Positions 17,588-25,689 of a stretch of 64,000 nt of DNA are shown here, piece by piece. Below the pieces are notes generated by a model. It saw nothing but the letters and a program-made list of their open reading frames with translations. It was not told where the DNA came from and did not search any database. A program made the position numbers and the translations under genes. Origin of the DNA: Deltaproteobacteria bacterium (GTDB taxonomy: Bacteria > Myxococcota_A > UBA796 > SXON01); NCBI GenBank assembly GCA_947445035.1, contig CANFCK010000001.1, positions 50,044 through 114,043 on the forward strand. Direction: 5' to 3'. Every line of letters begins with the position of its first letter. Position 1 is the stretch's first letter.

Positions 17588-18961
17588 ATGGCGCGCATCC
17601 TCGTCGTAGATGACGAACCCGACCTGCTGGAGACGGTGCGTCGCATCCTGGTTCGCGGTGGCCACGAGGTCCTGACCGCGCCGAGCGGTGCGGAGGGGTT
17701 GCACATCGTGGAGCGAGGCGGCCTCGAGCTGGTGCTCACCGACCTGATGATGCCCGGCGTCGACGGACTGGCGGTGCTGGCCGGTGCGGCGGCGCGGGAT
17801 CCGCTGACGCCGGTCGTGCTGATGACGGCCTACGCCACGGTCGAGACGGCGGTCTCCGCGCTCCGGGCCGGCGCGTGGGACTACCTCGCCAAGCCGTTCG
17901 GTCCCGATGCGCTCCGGGTGGTCGTCGATCGCGCGCTTGGACACCGGGCTCTGGGCACCGAGAATCGTCGTCTTCGCGCTGCGCTCGTCGGCCCCCCTCT
18001 GCTCGGTGCCAGCGCCGCGCTGACCACGGTCATCGAGACCATCGAGCGTGTCGCACCGACCGACCTTGGGGTGCTGATCACCGGGGAGTCGGGAACCGGC
18101 AAGGAGGTGGTGGCGCGTGCGCTCCACTCGTCCAGCCGGCGCGCGTCCCGCTCCTTTGTCCCGGTGGACTGCGGCGCGATCCCGCCCAACCTCGTGGAGA
18201 GCGAGCTCTTCGGCCACGAACGCGGCGCCTTCACCGGTGCCGAGACGGAGCGGCGGGGGCTGGTGGAGGAGGCCGACGGCGGGACCTTCTTCCTGGACGA
18301 GATCGGCGATCTCGACGCCACCGCGCAGACGCGCCTGTTACGACTTCTCCAAGAAGGCGAGTTCCGCCGCGTGGGGAGCAATCGGCTCCGCAAGGTCGAT
18401 CTGCGCGTGGTCTCCGCGACCAACCGGCCCCTGGAAGATGCCGTCGCCGGAGGGCGCTTTCGCGCCGACCTGTTCCACCGCCTCAACGTCGTGCGCATCC
18501 ACCTGCCGCCGCTGCGGGAGCGAGCTGCGGACGTGCCGATCCTGGCTCGTCACTTCGTCGCTCGTTTCCGAGCGGAGGGTGGCCGCGCGCCGCTGGTGGT
18601 CGGTGATGCGTGTTTGGCCCAGTTCGCCGGGCACACCTGGCCGGGCAACGTTCGCGAGCTGGCAAACGTGTGTCGTTACCTCGCGGGCCTCGCGTCGGGG
18701 CCAGAGGCGTTGGTCTCGGACCTTCCGCCCGGCTTCGGCGCCGGCGCCAGTCGTATCGCGACATCGGAGGCGGTAGCCGCCGCACCCGTCGGCGTGCGGC
18801 ACGACCTCCCGTACGCAGACGCCAAGAAGTTGTGGCTCGATCCCTTCGACGAGGCCTACTTCCACGCGCTCCTCGCCGCGCACGACGGAAACATCTCCGC
18901 GGCGGCGCGGGCGGCCGACATCGATCGCAAGACGGTGCAGCGGTTCTTGAAGCGGGAGTAG
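17588..18961 (+). CDS. Sigma-54-dependent response regulator (NtrC family)
   Basis: REC domain (ILVVDDEPD...DLMMPG), AAA+ domain with GESGTGKE, the GAFTGA sigma-54 contact loop, and a C-terminal Fis-type HTH (GNISAAARAADIDRKTVQRFLK). Confidence 0.93.
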   Translation: MARILVVDDEPDLLETVRRILVRGGHEVLTAPSGAEGLHIVERGGLELVLTDLMMPGVDGLAVLAGAAARDPLTPVVLMTAYATVETAVSALRAGAWDYLAKPFGPDALRVVVDRALGHRALGTENRRLRAALVGPPLLGASAALTTVIETIERVAPTDLGVLITGESGTGKEVVARALHSSSRRASRSFVPVDCGAIPPNLVESELFGHERGAFTGAETERRGLVEEADGGTFFLDEIGDLDATAQTRLLRLLQEGEFRRVGSNRLRKVDLRVVSATNRPLEDAVAGGRFRADLFHRLNVVRIHLPPLRERAADVPILARHFVARFRAEGGRAPLVVGDACLAQFAGHTWPGNVRELANVCRYLAGLASGPEALVSDLPPGFGAGASRIATSEAVAAAPVGVRHDLPYADAKKLWLDPFDEAYFHALLAAHDGNISAAARAADIDRKTVQRFLKRE

Positions 18962-19111
18962 TCAGGTCTGGGCGATGCGGCAGGCCAGGACGTCTGGCCA
19001 AACGGACGTCGCGACGCATCGCGGCGCCGTCGGAGGCGCTCAGGGTCCGTCGGGAGGCCACCGCGCTTAGGGTAGCTGCGGTCCCAACGGGAGCCCGGGT
19101 GCGCCCGGGGA

Positions 19112-19813
19112 ATGACGCTGATCGAGCTTTCGTTCGTCCTGGCGATCCTGGCATTGCTGTCCGCGGCCACCGTCCCGGCCTACAACGTGATCATGCGGCG
19201 GGCCCGCGCGGCCGAGCCGCGGGGTCTGGTCGAGGCCATCGCCCACGCCGAGCTGCGCCACTTCCGCGACCGCGGCGGTTACCTCGAGTGCGCCCCCGCC
19301 GGTGAACTCCCCACCGCGCCAGTCGCCTTCCCCAACGCCGAGTCATGCTGGCGGTCCCTCGGCGTGCAGATGACGGGGGACGTCCGCTACCGGTACGGGG
19401 TGCGCCTCGACGGCGACAGCGTCGTCGTCACCGCCTTCCCCCCGCCACCCAGACCAGCCAGAGCCGCACGCAGCCCGCCGCCGCGGGGTCGCCGGCGCCC
19501 GCCGGTGCTTCTGCGCGGGGTGGACGGTTCGGTGACGGGCCGGGTGACGGTGGGGGTCGGGCCCGGGCCGAGCGAGTCTTCGAGCGAGGAGCCGGGACGA
19601 CCTCCACCGGCAGGACCCTGCACCCACCCTCCGTCCACCCCGCCCCGACCACCTCAACCGCGCCGACGACCCCGCAGAGGCACCGCGTCCCGCGCGGCGA
19701 CCCACCCTACAATGCTCCCCGCAGCCGCTCCAACTCCACCAACGCAATCAGCCAGTCGGTGCGTGCCTTCTCGGCATCCGCTCGCGCCTGGTCGACGTCC
19801 TTCTGTGCGGTGA
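19112..19813 (+). CDS. Type IV pilin/pseudopilin-like protein; 3' boundary doubtful
   Basis: It begins MTLIELSFVLAILALLSAATVPAY, which is the pilin N-terminal helix with Glu5. The first 110 aa are pilin-like. The remainder is Pro/Arg low complexity and overlaps the convergent TolC-like gene, so the true stop may be obscured. Confidence 0.45.
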   Translation: MTLIELSFVLAILALLSAATVPAYNVIMRRARAAEPRGLVEAIAHAELRHFRDRGGYLECAPAGELPTAPVAFPNAESCWRSLGVQMTGDVRYRYGVRLDGDSVVVTAFPPPPRPARAARSPPPRGRRRPPVLLRGVDGSVTGRVTVGVGPGPSESSSEEPGRPPPAGPCTHPPSTPPRPPQPRRRPRRGTASRAATHPTMLPAAAPTPPTQSASRCVPSRHPLAPGRRPSVR

Positions 19814-21125
19814 TGAGGTCCCTCTGCAAACTACGACCTTCCACCACCCGCGCTTTCTCCGCGGCGAAGGTTTCTTCAGCTAGGCGCTGGTTCAGCTCCG
19901 CCAGCTCAAGGAGCTGTTTGGCACCGTCGAGGGTGCGCAGTTGGGCGCGCGCGGCGGTCTCGACGATGGCTTCGGCCTGGGCGAGTGACACCTTCGCGCG
20001 GGCGAGCGCGGCGCCGGATTGGGCGAGGGTGCCACGATCGGCACGATTCAACAGGGGCATGGTCAGCGTCGCCCCCAAGCTCCACTGTGGCAACTTCGCG
20101 TCCCCGATCTCGGCGAGGCTGCCCGAGAAGGTCGGGTCGTACCCGCGGAGGGCCACGCCTCCGTTGGCGTCCAACTGAGGAAGCAGACCGTGGCGCGCGT
20201 CCTGCACGTCCTGCTCGCGAGTGTCAACTTCGAGGCGGGCCAGCCGCAACGAAGGGTTTCCTTGAAAAACGGAGTCCAGGACCGCGTGGTACTGAAGTGG
20301 CAACTCCGGCGGGGGGCTCGGGCGGCTGGTCAAGCTCACCGAAGCGTCGAGTGACACGCCGATGAGCACGGCGAGCTGATCCTCCGCGGCCTCGACGGCA
20401 GCTTCGGCATCGAGGGTGGCGCGCTCGGCCTGAGCCAGCGCAGCGGCGATCCGGGTGGCTTCGACTTCGGCGAGCTTGCCCGCCCCGACCAGAGCGCGGG
20501 TGATGCGGGCCTGCTCCGCGGTGGCGGCGCGGGACTGGGCGGCGATCTCGACGAGGCGGCGTGCGGTGTGGAGGCCCCAGTAGCCGCGCGCGGCCTCCGC
20601 GACGGCGTCCTGACGGGCGATTTCGAGGGCCAGCTCCGCCGACGAGACCGCACCCTGAGCGGCGTGCACCCCGCGCAGATTCCAGGCGAGGCGATGGCCC
20701 TGCAACAGGCTCTGCGACAGGCCCAGCGTCAGCTTGCTGCCCCAGGCGGGCTCGCCAAACTCGGCGTCGAACTGTTCAATGGTGAAGGTAGAGTCGGACT
20801 GGTCGGCGTCGAAGTCGAGGGACAGGCCGGTTCCGGTCGCGAAAGCCTGGCTCAGCCCAGCGTTCATGGTGTAGCCGGTGGTGTCACTGGTGTAGGCGCC
20901 GAACTGAGCCTGGCCTTCGTCGGTCGAAGCGAAGGTCGTGCCGCCGAGGCTGAGCGTCGGCTCGAAGGGCGCGCGCGCTGCGAGGAGCGCACCGATCGCA
21001 GCGGCGTGATCGGTCTGGGCGAGCGCGACGCCGGATGCGGACTGCGAGGCCCGAGCCAGGGCGTCGTCATAGCTCAGGGAAACCGGGGGCTCCGCGTGGG
21101 CGGAAAGGGTGAAGGCCAGGATCAT
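19707..21125 (-). CDS. TolC-family outer membrane efflux protein
   Basis: 472 aa with two OEP-type repeats: alternating coiled-coil segments (LxxAxxxL...) and beta segments. The start overlaps the RND stop by 4 nt. Confidence 0.88.
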   Translation of the reverse strand: MILAFTLSAHAEPPVSLSYDDALARASQSASGVALAQTDHAAAIGALLAARAPFEPTLSLGGTTFASTDEGQAQFGAYTSDTTGYTMNAGLSQAFATGTGLSLDFDADQSDSTFTIEQFDAEFGEPAWGSKLTLGLSQSLLQGHRLAWNLRGVHAAQGAVSSAELALEIARQDAVAEAARGYWGLHTARRLVEIAAQSRAATAEQARITRALVGAGKLAEVEATRIAAALAQAERATLDAEAAVEAAEDQLAVLIGVSLDASVSLTSRPSPPPELPLQYHAVLDSVFQGNPSLRLARLEVDTREQDVQDARHGLLPQLDANGGVALRGYDPTFSGSLAEIGDAKLPQWSLGATLTMPLLNRADRGTLAQSGAALARAKVSLAQAEAIVETAARAQLRTLDGAKQLLELAELNQRLAEETFAAEKARVVEGRSLQRDLITAQKDVDQARADAEKARTDWLIALVELERLRGAL

Positions 21126-24100
21126 AGTGCCTCTTTTTTGGGCCAGACGAACGCGAGCCAGCGGCGCCCACTTTCCCGAAGGTCGTCGAGGAAGGCGTAC
21201 AGGAACGGGACGAAGAACAAGGTGAGCACCGTTGCCGCCGTCATCCCGAAGGCGACCACCCTCCCGAGCGGCGCGTAGGGAATGCCGACGAAGGTCTCGG
21301 TGCCGAGCGCCATCGGGAGTATTCCGACAATCGCGGTGAGCGCGGTCATGAGGATCGGGCGCAGACGTTGGCGCACCGCCTCCACCAAGGCTTCTTCGCG
21401 GCCCAAGTGGCGACGCAGCTCGGTGACCCTATCGATGAGCACGATGCCGTTGTTCACGACGATGCCCATCAGGATGATCATGCCGATGCCGCCCATCGCA
21501 TCGAAGGGGGTGTCGGTCAAATACAGCCCCCAATAGACGCCGAAGCTCGCCATCGGGATGGTCATGATCACGGTCAGCGGGAGTAGAAAACTCTCGAAAA
21601 GCACGCCCATGATCAAGAAGACGAAGACGACACTCAGCAAGAACGCGGCGTTCTGGGCCTGGTCGCTCTCCATCTGTTCTCGCCACTCGTCGCCGCGTTC
21701 AGGACCGTACCCCGAAGGCCACTCCATCTGCGCCAGCTCGCCCATCGCCTGGGCGTAGACTGCGTCTTTGCTGGCACCATCCTCCAGCTCCAGGTTGATA
21801 CTGAGCTGCGTCTTCCGATCGTGCCGCCGAATCGAACCCCAACTCGTGCCCGGCTCGGGATCGACCAGCGCTCTGAGCGCGACACCGCCGGTGCGATTGC
21901 CGATCTGGAAGTCGAGCAGGCGGTCCACGCTGACGCGGTCGTCATCGGCAAAGCGGGTGAACATCCGCACCTCCCGTTCGCCCACGATCCACGGCGACAA
22001 CGGCGCGCCGCGCATCGCGAAGGCCACCACCCGGCCGATGGTCGAGGCGCTGACGCCGTACCGCGCCGCCGCGCCGCGATCGACGCGAAGCCGGATCTCC
22101 TCCTCGCCGCCTTCGTCCGCTCCATCCTCCACATTGAGCACGCCCGGGATTCCGCGCAGCCGGCGAACGGCCTCTTTGCCAATCGCGGCCAGCGTCTCGC
22201 TGTCTTCGCCCACCAGGGCCACGCCGATGCGCTTCGATTGGCCCTCACTGTCCCCCCACCCCACCTGCGAATGCACGCCCGGCAGGTCGGGCAGCTTCGT
22301 CTTTGCGTCGGCGAGGACCTTCTCGCGCGGCATCACCTCTTCTTTGTCACTATCGAGGTAGATCGACAGGCTTCCTCGGAGGCTGTCCGAACTCAACCGG
22401 GATCGATAGGTTCGCACCCCCCACGCATCGCGGTTGTCTTCGGCGAGCTTCTCGAAGGTCTCCACCACCTTGAGGCGCTCGTAGTAGGTGTAGGCCCGCG
22501 GCACCTCGAACCGGATGTTGAAGTCGTCGATGTTGCCGTCGCCTTCGTCCTCGCAGGACACCGCCTCCACCGGCACCACCACCGTCAAGACGATCGCAGC
22601 GACTACGCCCACGAAGCTGTCCATGGGGTGTCTCAAAACACGCCGCAGAATCGCCACCACCGTGTCGGAGAGCCACACCATCCAACGCGCGTCGGCCGCG
22701 ATGCGGCCTGAGCTCAACCACACGGTGGAGAGCGGGGTGAATACCAGCGTGATGAGCAGGCTGGCCACGTGGACCCAGACCACCGGCATGCCCAAGGCGC
22801 CCAGGAAGAAGCTGAAGTCCGCGTCCCCACTCATCAGGATGACCGGCAAGAAGACGATCGAGCTGGTGGCCGTGCACAAAACCACTGGCAACAACACTTC
22901 CGCGGTGCCGTCAATCGCCGCTGAAACCGCCTCCTGACCCAACTGTCGTCGTCGGAAGATGGCTTCCACCACTACCACCGCGTTGTCGATCGCGATGCCC
23001 ACGGCGATCATCAGGCCGAGCATCGACAGCAGGTTCAGGGACGTACCCCCGAAGTACATCACGATGACGGTCAAGAGCAACGAAGAGGGGATGGTCGACG
23101 CGATGAGCGCGGTGATGCGCCATTCGCGGAGGAAAAGGCCCAGGACGATGACCGCGAGCACGCCGCCTTCGAGAGCAGCCCGGTACAGTGCCACAAGGGA
23201 CTTCTCGATGAGCTGCCCCTGGTCGAAGAAGCTGTGGAAATGGAAGCCCTTCAGTCGAGGGTCGGCGGTGAGCTCGGCGAATGCGGCTTGCGTGGCCGCG
23301 CACACCTCGACCGTGTTTGCGGTGGACTCCTTGTTGATCGCCAGCGCCGCCGCCTCACGCCCCTCGATCCGGTTGATGCTCGTCGTCGAAGCCGGGGCGT
23401 ACCGAACCTCCGCGATGTCGGTGAGCACGAGCCCATTGCCGATCGGCCAGCGTTTGATCTCGTCGAGATCCTGGTACCGGGCCAGCGACCGCACGTACCG
23501 AACTTGCCCCCGGTCCTCGAGCCGGCCGGCCGCCATCTGGATGTTGTCGCCCCCGAGCCCGGTGACCACGGTCATCAGGTCCACCCGATGGGCCATCAGT
23601 CGCTCGCGGTCGAAGTCGATCCACACCACCGGCTCGTCCACGCCCCACAGATCGACCCGCCCGACGCCCTCGATCCGCTCCAGCCGTTTCTGGATGATGC
23701 GGGTGGTCAGGAAGTGCAGGTCTTCGAGGCTGATGTTCTCGGGCGCCGAGATGCCCGCCCAGACCACGGGCTCGTCGCTGGGGTCGAAGCGCCATATCCA
23801 GACCTTTTCTACGTCGTCGGGGAGGTCGGCCATGGCCCGTTCGACACGGTCGCCTACGGCATTGTAGGCTTCGTCCATATCGACGTCGCTGTGGAATTCC
23901 AGCGAGAGGTTGGCGCCGTCGCTCCGGGCGCGCGAGTCGAGCGACTTGAGCCCAGCGACGGTGCTGATCTGCTCTTCCAGCGGGCGCAGGATGCGCGATT
24001 CGGTCTCGATCGGGGTGCTGTCTTCGTAGTCGACCCACAGCCAAAGCTGAGGAGAAATCCAGCCTGAAGGCATCATCTGGACCGGGATGCGCATCCAGGC

Positions 24101-24187
24101 CAACAGCCCGATGACCATCACCACCGAAAACAGCGTCAAAACCGTGACCGGGCGGCTCACCGAGAAGCGGGGAATCCACTCTTTCAC
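21122..24187 (-). CDS. RND efflux transporter permease (AcrB/MdtC-like)
   Basis: 1021 aa with 12-TM RND architecture, two large periplasmic loops, and conserved TM4 (GLMIAVGIAIDNAVVV) and TM10-like segments. Confidence 0.93.
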   Translation of the reverse strand: MKEWIPRFSVSRPVTVLTLFSVVMVIGLLAWMRIPVQMMPSGWISPQLWLWVDYEDSTPIETESRILRPLEEQISTVAGLKSLDSRARSDGANLSLEFHSDVDMDEAYNAVGDRVERAMADLPDDVEKVWIWRFDPSDEPVVWAGISAPENISLEDLHFLTTRIIQKRLERIEGVGRVDLWGVDEPVVWIDFDRERLMAHRVDLMTVVTGLGGDNIQMAAGRLEDRGQVRYVRSLARYQDLDEIKRWPIGNGLVLTDIAEVRYAPASTTSINRIEGREAAALAINKESTANTVEVCAATQAAFAELTADPRLKGFHFHSFFDQGQLIEKSLVALYRAALEGGVLAVIVLGLFLREWRITALIASTIPSSLLLTVIVMYFGGTSLNLLSMLGLMIAVGIAIDNAVVVVEAIFRRRQLGQEAVSAAIDGTAEVLLPVVLCTATSSIVFLPVILMSGDADFSFFLGALGMPVVWVHVASLLITLVFTPLSTVWLSSGRIAADARWMVWLSDTVVAILRRVLRHPMDSFVGVVAAIVLTVVVPVEAVSCEDEGDGNIDDFNIRFEVPRAYTYYERLKVVETFEKLAEDNRDAWGVRTYRSRLSSDSLRGSLSIYLDSDKEEVMPREKVLADAKTKLPDLPGVHSQVGWGDSEGQSKRIGVALVGEDSETLAAIGKEAVRRLRGIPGVLNVEDGADEGGEEEIRLRVDRGAAARYGVSASTIGRVVAFAMRGAPLSPWIVGEREVRMFTRFADDDRVSVDRLLDFQIGNRTGGVALRALVDPEPGTSWGSIRRHDRKTQLSINLELEDGASKDAVYAQAMGELAQMEWPSGYGPERGDEWREQMESDQAQNAAFLLSVVFVFLIMGVLFESFLLPLTVIMTIPMASFGVYWGLYLTDTPFDAMGGIGMIILMGIVVNNGIVLIDRVTELRRHLGREEALVEAVRQRLRPILMTALTAIVGILPMALGTETFVGIPYAPLGRVVAFGMTAATVLTLFFVPFLYAFLDDLRESGRRWLAFVWPKKEAL

Positions 24188-24317
24188 CCAGGTTCTCCTC
24201 GCGGGCGAGGTTAACCTGCAAGGGGGAAGGGCCCGCGGCCCTTCCCCTACCGTCGCCTACCCTCTGGCCTCCAAGCTGCGCTTTTCGGCCTGCGGCGGCG
24301 GGCGGGCTCGATAACCC

Positions 24318-24479
24318 GCCCGCCGGTCGACTCTCCCCATCCCGCCCAGCCGCAGAGCGGCCCGGTGCGCGTTCCGCCAGCCGGGCGCTCTCTCCATCCC
24401 GCCCAGCCGCAGAGCGGCCCGGTGCGCGTTCCGCCAGCCGGGCGCTCTCTCCATCCCGCCCAGCCGCAGAGCGGCCCGG
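24318..24479. repeat. 57-bp tandem repeat, about 2.8 copies, intergenic
   Basis: The motif catcccgcccagccgcagagcggcccggtgcgcgttccgccagccgggcgctctctc recurs with the 'cat' landmark at 24338, 24395 and 24452. A 26/29-nt related copy sits at 45062..45089. Confidence 0.85.
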
Positions 24480-24546
24480 GGCCCTTCCCCCACCGCGCCA
24501 GACCCTCCACCCTCCAACCTTCGGTGTCGGCGGCGACGGATACGGC

Positions 24547-25029
<483 letters not shown>

Positions 25030-25063
25030 CATACTTAGTCGAATAAACTAAGCTCATCGAGTC

Positions 25064-25306
25064 ATGCGCCAGTACAACGTCCACGAGGCCAAAACCCAGC
25101 TCTCGGCGCTCCTCGAGCGCGTCGAGGGTGGGGAGGAGATCATCATCGCCCGGTCAGGTCGGCCGATCGCGCGCATCGTGCCGCTACGGGAAGTGCGGCG
25201 ACCGCGGGTGCTCGGCCTCTACCGGGGTCAGCCCTTCGCCATCGCGGACGACTTCGACACCTTGCCCGCTGATATCCAGGAGCGCTTCGAGGGCGAAGGC
25301 GGATGA
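25064..25306 (+). CDS. Phd/YefM-family type II antitoxin
   Basis: 80 aa: MRQYNVHEAKTQLSALLERVEGGEEIIIARSGRPIARIVP, the canonical Phd/YefM N-terminus. The stop overlaps the toxin start (ATGA). Confidence 0.88.
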   Translation: MRQYNVHEAKTQLSALLERVEGGEEIIIARSGRPIARIVPLREVRRPRVLGLYRGQPFAIADDFDTLPADIQERFEGEGG

Positions 25307-25689
25307 GGCTGCTCCTGGACACGCACGTACTGCTGTGGGCGCTGCTCGATCCCGACCGGCTGACCGCGCGCGCGGCCGCGGCTCTCCAAGACCCGCAGAA
25401 CTCGCTGTTCGCCAGCGCAGCTTCGGCCTGGGAGGTCGCGATCAAACAATCGCTCGGGAAGCTCACCTTGCCCGGACCCGCCGACGTATGGCTCCCCGAG
25501 GCCTGCCTCAAGACCGGTATCGGCTGGCTGCCGGTGTCCGCTGCCGACGCGCTCGCCGTCGGTCGCCTGGTCTGGCACCATCGCGACCCCTTCGATCGCT
25601 TGCTCATCGCCCAGGCTTGCGACGGGATGATCCTCGTCACCCACGACGACGCCTTCGCCCCCTACGCCGTCCCCGTGCTCTGGGCCTGA
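25303..25689 (+). CDS. vapC: PIN-domain toxin, VapC family
   Basis: 128 aa: MRLLLDTHVLLWAL (first acidic residue), EVAIK, and the HRDPFDRLLIAQA motif typical of this VapC subgroup. Confidence 0.9.
   Translation: MRLLLDTHVLLWALLDPDRLTARAAAALQDPQNSLFASAASAWEVAIKQSLGKLTLPGPADVWLPEACLKTGIGWLPVSAADALAVGRLVWHHRDPFDRLLIAQACDGMILVTHDDAFAPYAVPVLWA

Noticed and set aside
16913-18217. A 434-aa minus-strand ORF containing its own repeats (VADAAAATLAVVAEVA...).
   Set aside because: The repeat is the reverse-complement reading of the 48-bp array. The ORF also runs antisense through the kinase 3' end and the regulator 5' end, both of which have strong motifs.
18962-19111. A sigma-54 promoter (TGGCAC-N5-TTGCW) upstream of the pilin-like gene. 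I also looked upstream of the kinase operon (16,040-16,127).
   Set aside because: No match with correct GG/GC spacing was found by eye. The isolated TGGCAC strings elsewhere (for example near 15,285 and 17,101) lack the TTGC element and lie inside genes.
24318-24479. Possibility that the 57-bp repeats are a CRISPR array.
   Set aside because: The copies are directly adjacent with no spacers, the unit is longer than typical CRISPR repeats, and no cas genes are in the window.
24257-24517. An 86-aa minus-strand ORF with 19-aa repeats (RAALRLGGMERAPGWRNAH), and the plus-strand ORF 24365..24997 with PAGRSLHPAQPQSGP repeats.
   Set aside because: These are translation artefacts of the 57-bp (3 x 19) intergenic tandem repeat. 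There is no signal, no motif, and multiple frames are equally open.
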